Below are positions 25,339-38,071 of a DNA stretch of 64,000 nucleotides, piece after piece. The first letter of the stretch is position 1. Every line of letters starts with the position of its first letter. The translations under genes were made by a program, and so were the position numbers. The notes beneath the pieces were generated by a model. It was given only the letters and a program-made list of their open reading frames with translations, did no database searches and was not told where the DNA came from. The stretch is from Lama glama (lineage: Eukaryota). The stretch covers positions 37,014,001-37,078,000 of the forward strand of contig CM052837.1 of the NCBI GenBank assembly GCA_028534125.1, in the 5' to 3' direction.

Positions 25339-26479
25339 CTGTTTTCTCAGTGACAGCAGGCGTTGCTGTGCTCCCGGCCGGCTGGACCCGGGGCCCGTTT
25401 CGGGCGTGTCACAGACGGGCTCGTCCTGCCCGCGGTCTGGCTCACGGTCGTCTGGGGACGGCTGCTCCGTATTGCTTCATCTCACGTCAGAGTCATGAAA
25501 ACGTCACATTGTCACAACAGCAATTTTTAAATCTGTTTTCCCAGCAAGGCAGCAACCAAGCACAACAGCCTCGCAGAGACAGGCGGGCAGGGAGACAACG
25601 TGGTGTCAGCCGCCAGGTTTCCAGGTGTCCCCTTTACAATCCCGCACGACTGGTCCCAATAGACCACAAGTGCAGGGGCAGGCGCTTGGGCTGCAGAGGT
25701 GGGATCCCAGGGCGCTTGCGGCCACACTGCTGCTCTGTCTCTGTCTGCCGGGGTGCAAAGGCTTGGCCGATGGGGCTCCACCTGGTGTGCGGAGGGCAGA
25801 CACCCCTCTGTTCCGGCATCTCTCTGCTCCGTGGCGTCAGCGGGAACCATCACTGTCTTGCTGCTGCAGCAGCAACTGGAGTGCTCCCGAGATGTGGTGG
25901 TCACACGGGAGCAGAGTCAGCTCCTTCCTCCCAGTGAGCTCCCCATTTTAACTGGAACCATTTGTGGTGCATCTCCGTGTGGCTAGAATTCCCTTGGTGG
26001 ATGCGCACACAGCCCGAGGGCCAGCCGGGACCGCAGCCTTGGCCGTGCAGGGGTCCCTCCAAGGTCCTGCCGTCTACGCCCCTGTCCCGGGCCCCCTCTG
26101 CCCAGCTGTGCCGCCTCCTCTGGCAGAGCCCCCCAAACGCCCAGCTGGTTCTGGTCACTCTGATCCTCCAGCAGCTCCTTCCCGGGCTCAATCACCTACT
26201 CCGATAGTTCCTGAGCGCCGGCAGTGAGCCCGGAGGGACTCGGGGGGGGGGGAATCACCCCGCCTCACCGTCCCCAATGAGCCCCGGTGCCCAGCGCTGC
26301 TCCTGGACGCCCGCACACAGTGGAGCAGCGCGGCCCAGCTGGACCCCCCTGGGGAGAGTGAGCCGGGCCAGCTCCAGCCATCTCTTCCCAACTTCACGGC
26401 GCACGGCGCACGGCGCACCGGGACCCTGTGCATACGTACATTGCAGGAACTGGCCAGCACTGCGGATCAGACAGTTTCT

Positions 26480-28830
26480 CCCTGGAGAGCTAGTGGTCAC
26501 GTGCTCACTGGCCGGCCACTGGCCGGCCTCACAAAACGGACGGTTTTTCCTTATCACCTATTTTCTGAAGAGCGTACGTAAGGTTTATGATCACTCCTCC
26601 TTCAGTGTTTGGCAGCCTTCACCAGTGAAACCCGCGGGGCCTGGAGTCTTCCTCCCGGTGCCGTTTCTTAGATCATGAATTCACTTCCTTCCGGAGGCGC
26701 AGGACGAGTTTCACCTTCCTGTTTCTTCTTGGGTCTGCTTTGGCTAGCTGTGTTCCTCCAGGGGTCTTCCCACTTTGTCTGCTACCTAATCTACTGGTAT
26801 AAAGTTGCTTATGATATTCCCTCGCTGAATACCTGTCGCATTTTCCTGACGCTGAGAACGAGTGGGTTCTTTCCTTGATCACTCTTGCTGAGGTTTTATC
26901 AATTTTCTGGATCTTTTCAAAGAGCAGCCTTGTGGTTTGCTGATTTTCCCCACCCACCTCTACTGTCGCCCTTATTATCCTCTCCCTTCTACTTTTTTGG
27001 GCTTAATTTGTTCCTGTTTTCCTCCCTTCTTACATGGAAATTGAAAACAACTGACTTTAGACCTCTAGATCTTTCTGCTTGTCTACTGCCAGCATTAACG
27101 TCTTCCCTCCGAGCACGGCTTCGCTGCGGCCCACAAGTTCTGACGAGTTGTGTCTTTATTTCATTTCACTACAGATTCTTCCGGTTTCCCTTGTGATTGC
27201 TTCTTGGCCCCATGCGAGGTTTAGAACTGCATCGCTTAATTTCCAAATGCTGAGGTAGAGGTCTCTAATTTAATCCCATTGTAGTAATAGAACATACTCG
27301 TAAAGATTCCAATCTTTTGCAGTGTATCGAGGTTTGCCTTAAGGTCTAGCACATGGTCCATGCAGGTGAATGCTCCTAGTGCTTGAAAAAGATGCGAATT
27401 CTGTAGCTGTTTGGCACAGTGTTCTGTTCCTGCCAATTGGGCAGAGCCGGCTGGCAGCTTGTCCCAGTCTTAGACCCCACTGCTGAGTCTCGTCTCCTTG
27501 CTCTGTCCAAGGCGGAGAGGAGGGTGTTGATCCCGGGCTCGTCCGTCTCTCCCTTTACGCTGGCTTTGCCTCAGTGTCTGAAGTTCGGTCATCAGGCGCT
27601 ACGTGCGTGTGACTCGTCTTCCTGGTGGAAGGAGCGTCTTCTCACTACGAAACCGACCGTTCTGTCCCTGGTGAGGCTGCCCGTCTGGTGCTAGGGCAGC
27701 CACACCGACCCTCCTACGCTTACTGGGTGCAGCGAGCCCTCTCCCTCCTAGCATGTTCAGCCTCTCTGGCCTCTTTATTTAACGTGCATCTCTTGTATTT
27801 AGCGTGGATTTGGTCTTGCTTTTTTTATTCAGTTTGATCATTTCTGCCTCTAAACTGGGAAGTTCAGTCCATTTACATTTAATGTGATTACGATAAGGCA
27901 GAGTTTAAGTCTCCCATCTTATTTGTTTTCCTTTTGTTCTGCCCAGTTTCGGTCCTCTGTTCCTACATGAATTACATCTGGTTCCACATCCTTGCTGCCT
28001 GGAGAACTGTAACATTTCTTACAGTCCCTGTCTCCCGACAACAGATGTTCTCAGCTCAGAAAAATCTCAGATGTCTTTATTTCACCTTCATTTTTGAAGG
28101 ATGATTTTCACTGGATGTAGAATTCTTGATTGACAGGCTTTTTTTAAACTAAACGCTTTTAAGATGAATTGTTCCACTGTCTGCAGGAATCCATTCTTTA
28201 AAATGAGAACCTGCTGTTGTTCCCTGGTGTCTCCGTGTCCTTCTGTGTCCTTTTCTCTGACCGCTTTTAGATTCCCCTTCATCTCTTGTTTGTAGTAGTT
28301 TAGCTATGCTGTGCCTAAGTTTGGTCTCCTTCGTATTTGTCCTATTTTTTATATCAACGGGTTGATATTTTTTACCAAATTTGAGGAATATTTTACCATT
28401 ACTTCTTCAAATATTTTTCCTGCTTTATTTGTTGTCTTCCCTTTTGGGGGTTACAATCGCACGTTTATTGGACCACTGATACGTTAGCCCGTATGTTAGC
28501 TTGTAGCCTGCGTCCGTCCCACAGGTCTCTGAGGCTCGGCTTTATCTGTCTTCTTCCAACAGGACAGTTTCACTTGGTCTGTCCTCGGGGTTGCTGGCCT
28601 TCCCTTCTGTGGTTCCCGACCCGCTGTTAAGCCCATCTGGCGAGTGACTCCAGTCTCCATGTCTCCACTGCTTCTCCATCAGTGTTCTCGTTGCTCCCAC
28701 GTTGTCAGGTACATCCCTGACAATACGCATAACCGTCATCTTACAGCCCTCGTCTTCTCACCCCAGCATCTGGGTCCTCTCAAGTTCTGTTTCTATTCAC
28801 CACATTTTTTTTATCTCTTTTTGTGCACTT
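26480..28830 (-). mobile_element. Old L1 relic(s) with ORF1 and ORF2 endonuclease-region remnants
   Basis: Minus-strand peptides LFEKIQKIDK...REYHKQLY (ORF2), FTCMDHVL...NGIKLE (endonuclease), CQSRILHPVKI and DGLNS...EDR (ORF1). Confidence 0.88.
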
Positions 28831-28844
28831 AAAATATTTGTTTA

Positions 28845-29255
28845 ATTTTTAACAACTTGGTTGAAATATGTTACAGGCTATAAATGTGCTCGTTTGAAGT
28901 GTATAATCAGTGGTTCATAGTACATTCCCAGAGGGGTGCAACCATCATCACAACCAACTTAAGAACATGACTTTTACCCCAAAAGAAACCCCCTGCCCCT
29001 TGGCAGTGCCCCCAGCCCCCAGCCCTTGGCAACCACTAATCTACTTTCTGTCTCTGTGGTCTTGTCTACTCTAGACATTTATTTCCTGGAATCACACAAT
29101 ATGTGGTCTTTTGTATGTAGCTTTGTCCAGTTAGCATGATGTGTCCAAGACTCACCCGTGCTGTGGTGTGTCAGTGCCCTGTCTGTCTGCACGGTTGATT
29201 GACATCTCGTTGTGTGGATGGTGCACACACATCCACCGATCCTCAGCTGATGGAC
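28845..29255 (-). mobile_element. L1MB-like 3' end
   Basis: ccccaaaagaaacccc ... cttggcaaccactaatctactttctgtctctgtgg ... ggaatcacacaatatgtggtcttttgt. Confidence 0.9.
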
Positions 29256-29859
29256 CAGGGCTGCTGGGACCGCTCGGCTTGATTCCCCCTGAGAGCGGGT
29301 CCTCCATTTTGCCCTTCGTCGTGGGGCAGAGCCCTTCGTGCAGGGTATGGCCCCCCCAGGGGTTTCACTAAGTGCCAGAGGTGTTCGGTGATGTCACTTC
29401 ACTCTGACTGGCAGGAACTTAGGGCGTCCCGATCCTGTGGCTCCTCGGTTCTGCTCAAAGGATCATAGTGGCCCCACTCTCCTGGACCTCATGGTCTCCC
29501 CTCAGGGCACTGGTGGCCCAGCCCGCAGCCAAGGACCATGAACCTACATGGACGCCTCTCCCCTCTCCTGCACAGGCCCCCCTGTGCCCTGCCTGAGATG
29601 GAGAAGTGTCTCAGTGATCCAACACTGACCTCTGCCTCCCCAGCCCGGCGTGACCTCTGAACTCTCCGTCTCAGCCCACGTGTCTTCTGTCCACGGGCTT
29701 CAGTCCTGTGCTGCCTGCTGCCCGCACCCGAGAGCGCCTGTCCCCGGATTCTGTCCAGTTCTCAGCGGGAAAGGCGAGAGGCGAGTCCAGGCCAGCAGTT
29801 TCTTCCAGGTTGGACTCAGAAGGCCACCACAGAGACTGCTGTGTTGTGTTTTCACCCAG

Positions 29860-30110
29860 CGCCAGCCCACCGTGGCGATTCTGATGTAAGTGGTCCTGAG
29901 ACCACTTGGAGAAATTCTGGTGTTTGACATTAACCGGGGACCTACTCTGTGCCAAGCCCTGGAGAAAATGCCACACAGGCCAGCCTTGTTCAAGGCTCTC
30001 AGAGCTCGCACTGAGGCTAAGCCGTCACCTGGCCCATTGGTCAGATGAGGAGACTGAGGGCGGCAAAAGTCAGTACGTACTTTGGGGTCACACGGCTCGT
30101 GATGCTTAAG
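29860..30110. mobile_element. MER5-like fragment followed by antisense MIR fragment
   Basis: gcgattctgatgtaagtggtcctgagaccacttggagaaa; cccattggtcagatgaggagactgagg. Confidence 0.55.
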
Positions 30111-30704
30111 AGGCAAGATGCCCAGGACAGCCTGCCCTGCTGAGTCATCGCGGAAGCCTGCGGCCACGTCTCAGGACCAGACTGCGGGTTTCTGGGCTCT
30201 TCCGGGGGCTCCCAGCCTCAGCCTGTCCTTTCCGGCCTCTGTGTGCTGCGTTCACTGGGGTTGCCTGACATTCCGTTCAGCATGAGAGGCACCAGGGCCG
30301 CACGACCCCCGCCGCCGACAGAAATGATCTGCGTGTTTCCCGGCAGCTTTCCAGGGACTAGGACTTTGCCCGCGTTATCTCAGCACTTCGACACCATGCA
30401 AAGCCGGCCCAGGAAACGAGACACACAACAGATCCACCCTCAGATTTCCGGTCCCACAGCTAAGCTCAGGCCCGTGGTCAACCGCCTCGCTGCGCCATGG
30501 GGTGTTAGCACTGCCAGCAAGCCCCAAGTGTCCCCCGTGGCCGGAGCATCCCTTCCAGACAGCCGTGAGCACGGCGGACGCAGAGAGCGGCAGCTGTTTT
30601 GAAGCGAGGGGATTTTCGTAACAAAAAGATGAACAGTGAGAGGCTCCCTCGCGGTTGAGGAGGCACGTGTGGAGGCAGACCGGGGACGGAGGAGCGGGGC
30701 TCCC

Positions 30705-31104
30705 ATGGTCCTGGGCTGAGTCACGTCCCCGAACACCTACTCCTCAGTGCCCGTGGGCGTGACCTTGTTTGGAGGTGTGAAAAGATGGGGTCCCAATGGC
30801 ACGGGGTGGCCCTGAGTCCAGCGACTGGCGTTCTCATAAGGAGCGGGACTCAGACATACACAGGGGGAAGCTCCCCGTGCAGACGGAGGCGGAGGGAGAG
30901 ATGTGGCCACAAGCTCAGGGATGCTTGGGGCACGAGAAGCTGGCAGAGGCAGGAAGGACCCTCCTCTGGTCCCTCCGCGAGGAGGACAGTCCTGCCCACA
31001 CCTGATTTCAGACGCCTGGCCTCCAGGCCACGAGAGAATACCTTTTTGCTGTTCTGAGCCAGCAGAGCCTTGGTGCTTTGTTGCAGCCACTCTGGGAAAC
31101 TCTC
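30705..31104 (+). mobile_element. MLT1 (MaLR) LTR
   Basis: gtgaccttgtttgga ... gccacaagctcagggatgc ... gaagctggcagaggcaggaagga ... ctgcccacacctgatttcagac ... ctttgttgcagccactctgggaaact. Confidence 0.88.
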
Positions 31105-32352
31105 ACCACGTCTAAGACAAGCTTCTGTCTGTCCTCCTGTCTGTGTTCCCTCTCCAGGTCATGGATGCCCGAGTGTGGCTTGGTGAGCATGGAACATGGA
31201 GCCTGTCCCCCGCTTCTGCCCAGCACTCACAGACCGGACACCAGACATGTGCAGAAGGCAGTTCTGGGCAGACCCAGCTGGACGTCCAGATTGCAGGACA
31301 CACTGGGTGCCCACCCCTCCAGCCACCTCCTCTGCACCTGCCCCAGGCCTGAAGTCGACTCCTGAAGTCGGGGCGGCAGGGAGGCTGTGCTGGGGACCCC
31401 GAGTGGGCAGGTGGCAAGGCACTGGCAGGGCAGTGTGCCCCAGGCTGGCGGCTGCCCGGACCAGCCTCCTCTTCCCACAGGGAGCTCACTGCTCCCCAGG
31501 CCAGGCTGCTTTTAGAGGCAGAAGGAGAATTCGAGATGGGTGAGGCTGGTCCCTCATTCCAAGAACAGACACAGCGAGGGGCTGCAAGATCATCCGAGAG
31601 CAGGGGGCCTGGGCCGGGGTTTCCTCCAGGCGAGTCCAGGGCCCCCGGGCACAGCGACGCCCTCGGTCGCTCGTCAGGGAAGCAAGGCCTGCTGCTGCTC
31701 CTCGGGCCTGTGGCAGCTCCCCCCATCTCACCGCAAAGCTGCCGGGAAGCCTTGGGATGCAAAGAATCCAAAGGGTAAAAACCTACACTTTTTTATCTTT
31801 TTGCAAATGAATTGGCAGTCCCACGGAGCTACATTGCAGCCTGGATTTCCTACCACAATATTTTCTGCTGGAGCGAATCAAGACATTTGTGCTGCAGAGG
31901 ATTTGCGAGTCCAGCATCTCCAGGTGCCAGGCGTGTGCAGGCACCGGGCTGCTTCCCGGTGCACGCATCGGCCTCGCTGCACCGTGGGGTGTTAGCGCTG
32001 AGCCTGCAGAGTTGGGTACACACGCGCTGCCATTACCAGTCACTCAGACTCTGCTTTGTGTCAGAAACCCACCTGCGGGCTCCTCTCGCCCTGCTGTCGG
32101 CTCCGGGCGGGTGAGGGGCGCGGGGCCCCAGGAGGCTCAGTGCTGCTGCTCCCAGCGTCTGCCAAGGCAGGTTCTGAACAGAAAGACGTACCTTGTGAGG
32201 GCTGAGGGTGCGCAGGAGAGACACCCCGGGGTCTTCGCGGATCCCACCTGTGCCCCCTCTGCATCAGGACGGCCACACGCCCACTGGCTGAGATTTGAGA
32301 GTCTGATTTTAGCGCGTCTAGGGGCTCCTGCAGCGTCTGGCTCTGGGCGCCA

Positions 32353-32432
32353 ACACGGAGGGGCAGACGGCTCCCCTCACCGTCCAGCCTGCACACGGAG
32401 GGGCAGACGGCTCCCCTCACCGTCCAGCCTGC
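32353..32432 (+). repeat. Perfect 40-bp tandem duplication
   Basis: acacggaggggcagacggctcccctcaccgtccagcctgc x2. Confidence 0.95.
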
Positions 32433-32899
32433 CCGTGTGCAAGCCGGCTCTGGCCAGCCTGCTCCCGCCCTCCTTCCTTCCCACGTGGGTGGCCTCTTAC
32501 CGAGAAGGATGGGCGGCAAGGCCTTCTCTGCGCTCTGTGGGCGCCCTGCAGGCTGTTTGGGGTGGGGTGAGGCGGGGGCACCCAGTGGGCACAAGCCGTG
32601 GTGGGGCCGGCAGCCCCCTCCTCGCTCCTCGCAAAGCGGGTTTTCTGTTCTCAACAATGGGAGCTGCTGCTTCCCACCTCTCTGCTCCCTCGAGGGGAGG
32701 AAGGGGAGGCGCGGGACTTCGGGTCGGGACTGCAGGTCCGTACTCCCTCCTCGGGACCCAGGGGTGCGGGGCGAGGTAGGGTGGGGAGCAGCCACTCAGC
32801 TCTCCCCGGGCCCAGCCCAGGCACCCGCCAGGGTCCAGTGAACACGCATCAGGATTCACTGGCCAGACGGGTAAATCTAGGAGATTCCAAACACTGCCC

Positions 32900-32995
32900 T
32901 ACACACACACATACACACTCTCACATCTCACACACACGCACGTGTGCACACAGTACTCTCTCTCTCTCACACACACATACACACACGCACACACC
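32900..32995 (+). repeat. (CA)n/(CT)n compound microsatellite
   Basis: Read directly from the sequence. Confidence 0.9.
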
Positions 32996-34274
32996 AGGTT
33001 TCTGGCTTCATTCTGTGCCCGCCTCCCAGCCCAGCACAGGTGCAGGGCCTACCACACCCCAACATGTCACGTCCCCCCACCCGCCCACCTCACCAGCTGG
33101 TCCCACCAGCCCCCAACTGGTCTGCCTGAGCCAGAGCTGATCTGAGGTTGGGCTGGGGGCCCAGGAGGTGGGGAGGGGGCATCCTGTCCGAAGCCAAGGA
33201 CGAGGCCGAGGCAGCTCTCTGGGCCTAACTTTGCTGACCTGGGGCCCCAACAAGTGCCCTTAGGCCTCACACAGCACACCTGGGCAGGAGAGGCGGAGAG
33301 AGAGGGGAGAGGAGGGGGGAGAGAAGGGGGGACGGGAGGGGAGGGCTCCGTCCCGCACACCCAGAGCCGCAGGTGGAAGTTTCCAGAGCCTCTCTACAGA
33401 CACCACTGAGACCTAGGATTCCCAAACCCTGAGCCAGCTTGCTGGCCGGAGACGCAGCCCAGCACCTGCCCCTTCCCACACCCCTTGTGCCCTGGGGTCC
33501 TGTTCTGCTCCACCAGGAGACCCAGGCAGCTGGTAGGAACCCCATCAGGAACCTGGCAGGGGGCATCGTGTCGGAGATGCTCTTGGCCCATCTGACATTT
33601 CCCCTGTTGTGTCCCCTGCTGTGTCTCCATGATCCTCTCTGCCCCGGCCCCTCCAAGCTCTCTCCCCGACCTGCAGCCCACCAGCCACCAGCCTCAGGGC
33701 AAATATCGTGTCCTCAGGCCACCGGTGTGCTGGGTGCTTCAGAACAGCTGGGGAGCCCCAGACTCGAATCCTGGGTAACGTGCCGTCTCGCCGTGGTACC
33801 CACCATGCCTCGGATTCGGCGTAGCTCAGCCCACGAGGGGCCTGGATCAGCCTGTGGAGTGGGTGGGGCCCATGGGGTGAACTTGAGCAGGTGCGGTGCA
33901 CTCTCCCCCGGCGGGGCTGGGACATGCCCGGGAACGACGCACCAGGACCTAGCTCAGGGACTGTGCCCCAACTTTGCCCTCAGCACCCTCAGGCCAGCTA
34001 CTGTGGGACGGACAGGAAGACGGGGCCTCTCAGGGGCGCCCTGCCTGGAAGACACTTCCGAAGTCAAGCCCCAGGCCTCCACGCGCCGGCAGACGCCGGC
34101 AGAACACCGGTGGAAGAGCAGCCGCTTGGGCTCCGGGCCCCGGGAGAACGTGGCCCCCAGGAGGGCCTGGGGCGGCCTGGCTTCCACCTACCTGGGGGAG
34201 GTGCGCTGGCACCCTGATCGCGCCTGCCCACTGGGGATGAATGGCGCTTCCACCAAGCAGCACAGCCTAAGGAC

Positions 34275-35300
34275 AACTTTAAAAAGGAGCATTTATTTTT
34301 AGCTTGTGCTTTTAACTTGATCATAGTGACGCAGGTAAATTGCAATAAAAACAGTGCAATCCACCAGCAGAGAGCCCATTCAGCAAAGCGTCCTTTTGTT
34401 CAAAATAAAGTGCAAAATGATTTTTGCAATGATGCTACCTGCAAAGGTCAGTGAGGTCAGCTGAGGGGCACCCCCAGGGGAAGGTGATGGAGGCACACCC
34501 CAGCCCCGCAGACGGCGAGCTTGCTGGGCTTTGCCTCAGAATCCTGCACCAAGGCAGGTGCCCTGGGGTGGGAGGACAGGCCCGGGAGGCATGGAGACCA
34601 GAGGGTCGCTCTCCAGGCCCTCCCTCCAGGAGAGCCAGATGGCGTCCGCCCGGAGCCTCCCACGTGTCCCTCTGGCCTGCGCTGGGACTCTCAGTGACGG
34701 CACAGTTAGTAGGGATTAACGAGCAAGGCACTCCATGTGACCTGGATGTGCTTGGGCCAACCAGAAGAACGCAACCAGAACCACGGCAGGAAGCAGACCG
34801 CTAAGGGGACAAAGGCACAGAGAGGCTGAGGAGCTTGCCTGAGGTCACACAGTAAGTGTGCCGGCGATCTGCTGCAGGCGCCGTATTCAGGAATGAATCT
34901 AGCCAAAACAGTAATACCATTTTGCTAATGGATGAAATCTTGTCTCGTTTTTATTAAGAACAGTTAGAAATGTGTTTATTATTCATACGTCCTCTGTCCT
35001 GCTGGGCCTTCGATAGCAGCGTGATTTTCATCAACTGGGAGCCAAGACGCCACGTGTGCTGGGGTCTCTGGTGCTTGGCGCCCCTAGCGGAGGCAAAGCC
35101 ACCTCGAGGCCACGGAGGCTCCACACAAGAGCCAGCGATGACTTTACTCTGAATGTTTTGCCTCTGACTACAATAAACTAATAAAGATTGCACGGGTGCT
35201 CTCATTTTAACAGAACGCAGAGTTATAATTGGTGTCCTATTTTAAGCAATGTAATTTCCCATGACCTGTTTTCCAAATTAACAGAGTAATGAAGGCGTAT
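34275..35300. promoter_or_regulatory. Two AT-rich blocks (34275-34435, 34890-35300), candidate CNEs
   Basis: Non-repeat AT-rich patches with TAAT, TAAACTA/TGTTTAT forkhead-like and TTGCAAT C/EBP-like motifs. Confidence 0.4.
34800..34865 (-). mobile_element. MIR fragment
   Basis: aaaggcacagagaggctgaggagcttgcctgaggtcacacagtaagt. Confidence 0.65.
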
Positions 35301-35366
35301 GCCGTGGCGGGGCTGGACTCCGCAGAGGTGCCGGCCCTCGGCCCCGTTTAAAGGGGCATCTCTTAC

Positions 35367-35484
35367 CCGTGTGTTCGTGCACAGAGGTGCTGAGTTACAT
35401 AAATCCTCTCCTGCCCCATCTCAGGAGCCCAGATTTTAAATCAAAGTGTACTCAAAGAGAATGAACAAGGGACCGTAAAGATCT
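35367..35484 (-). other. Candidate internal non-coding exon
   Basis: Donor CGG|GTAAGA at 35366; weak acceptor gctttcag at 35485; adjoins an AT-rich conserved-looking block. Confidence 0.25.
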
Positions 35485-37554
35485 CTGAAAGCACCACTGA
35501 AAGCCACACCTCTCAGCAAATCCGTCTGCATCCTTCTCGAGGAGGGAGTGCCTGGCAGGCCACACATCAGGAGCCAGACCACCCCACTGGGACCCTTTGG
35601 ATCTTGACGGGCACCAACCCGCAAACGAGGTGGCGTGGGGGAGCTGCACTTCCAGGGAGGCCCCCATCCCCCCACAGGCCCTGCCCCCTGTGCCCCCAGA
35701 GAGAGGGGAGGGAGGTGGGGGGCCTGGGGGGCAGCATCCACCCACCCTCCTGTCTGCCCTCTGGCTGCCTGGCCTGTACCTGTTTGGACCCCTGGGGGAA
35801 GAACTGGCTGGACAGAGGCCCTGGGGTGCTGGTGGGGGCAGGGAGTGCTGGGCTTCAGCTTCCCGGCTGTAAAGGAGGAGGCAAGACCCCTGCCTGGAAG
35901 GCTGCAGGGAGGATCCAGGGGGAAACAGCAAGTGAGGTGCCCCTTCCCCCTCCCCCTCCTCACTCCTCCTCTCCCTCTGTTTGCTGGAGGCCCATCTCCA
36001 GCCAGCATCCAAGACTCTGTTCTTCCCCCGAAGATCCACCCTCTGCTTTTAAATGAGGACAGAAGGCAGCTTCCAAAACACTTGGACACAACAACACTGA
36101 AAAACTTTTGAAAACAGCAGGAGAGCAGGACGCGACCTTCCCGCTAAGAGACAAAGGGCCCGGGCCTCCTCAGGAATGGGAACGTTCTCTCCTCCTCCAC
36201 CGGCCCCTCACCCCGTCCCCACCCCGAAGGACGGCCAAGGGCCTCCAGAAGCCACCCCCTCCCCGACCCCCATGACCTTGGGGCGGATAGAAAGGGACCC
36301 AGCCTGGAGGCCGCAGGGAAGGTGGGAGAGGAACAGCTGGGGGTCCCTGGGGGCAGATCCACCAGACCCGTCAAGGCATCTGAGGGGTCACCCTTCACCC
36401 AGTGCTGCCGAGGACCGGCCCGGGGGCTCCAACGGGGCGGGGAGAGAAGGCTCTCGATGGACTCACCCCCAGGCCACTCTGGAGAGGAGCAGGGCCACGC
36501 AGAGCCCTGGCCTGAGAGCCCCTGCGGTTCTGCGGACTCAGGGCTCCGCCCGGGGTTCCCTGGCTCCTGAGTGGCCAGGCCTGCACCCACCTGCCACCTG
36601 CAGCTGCTCTCACCAGCTCCACTGCTCCACCTGCACAGGGAGGAGTGCAGGCTGGGAAAGCTGGTGGGGCCCGCTGGCTTCAGATGACAATGCCTATGAA
36701 CCCCAACCTGACCCAGGGCCCAGCCTCTCTTCTGCCCTCCCTAACCCTCTACTGCTCCCCCAGACTCTGCCTTCTAACCAACAAGGCCCCCTCCCCCACC
36801 AGCTGCCAGTCCCCACCAACCCCGCCCCGTGGTGATCAGGAACCCTACTTACAGGAAGACCAGGGCTCGGCAGCCCCCAGCTGACCCTGCCGAGCCCTCG
36901 TTGCCCCTGACCTTGGCACCACCGTCTGAAGGGATGTCCTGGTTAATCCCGCTCTGAGCCAGATTAACTTCCAAGATAAAACCTCTGATTCTGTTCTCCA
37001 GCAGCCCCGCCCATGGCGGTGGTCAGGCAAGTGTGGCCCCAAGGGAGCAGGAGGCGTTAGGTGAAGCCCGATTCCCTGGGGACAGCCGGGATTACAGCCG
37101 TCCCCTCCGCTCCGCCGTGTTGGCCGCCAGCTGCTGGCGGGAGCTTCACCAGGGTGAAGCTCGTGGCACGGGGCCTGTTGGAGCCCAGCTGCAGTGAGGC
37201 TCGGCCACCGGGGAAGCTCTCTGCTGGTGTCCCCTGGGTCACTGGGAGCTTCTGGCCCCTTGGTGGCTCGCAGAACCATGAAGGGCTCCCATGCTGGGAG
37301 TGGCCAAGGGTCCAGCTGCCAGACCTCCGGCCAAGTAGTGCACACTTGTGACAGAGCACGACACTGGGCTTCAGGTTGGAGGCTGTGAATTGAGGGTCCT
37401 GCCTCAGGGAGGTGTGTCTGGCTGGATGAACACCCGCCCAGGCCCACGACGTGGCTTCACCAAGGGAGGGGAACCATGCCGGGTGCCAGGTGCAGACAGA
37501 AGGGAGCAGAGCTCTGGGGGCCCAGCTTCCTGACTCCCCGCAGCACACAGCCCT

Positions 37555-37656
37555 GTCCACCCCCACCACGAGCTGGTTAGAAACACAAATCTCAGGCCCC
37601 ACCCCACCCCCGCTTAATCCTGCAGGTGATTCGAGTGCACATTTGAGTCGCACTGA
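37555..37656. mobile_element. MER5A-like DNA transposon fragment
   Basis: gttagaaacacaaatctcaggccccacccc ... caggtgattcgagtgcaca. Confidence 0.7.
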
Positions 37657-38071
37657 TGCCTTAGAAGGCTTCTGGGGGCAGCTGGCCCGGTCGGGGGGCC
37701 TTGCAGGGCGAGCAGGGCCATGTAGGAGGCAGCAGGAGCCCCTGAACTAGAGGCTCACCCAGAACCTGAAATCCCACACCTGGTGTCCTGGCGCCGGTGC
37801 AGCCACTGCCTCACCACAGTCCTCTTCAAATGAGGAAACCTCTCAGAGGGTGCCTGCCACTGCGCTTCCCCAGGTTGAAGGTGTTCACGGCACTTGAGGG
37901 CAGGGAACTGTGTCCCCACTGGACTCTGTAGCTCATGTGCCTGCCTCAGGGCAGGTGCCAGCAGGTGCCCGGGGAACTCGTAGGGGATGGATGGGAGGAT
38001 GGGTGAGGAATGGGTAGCTTTGGTTTCCAGAGTAAGAAACAGATGACATTGAAAATCAAGATGAGCTCCCC

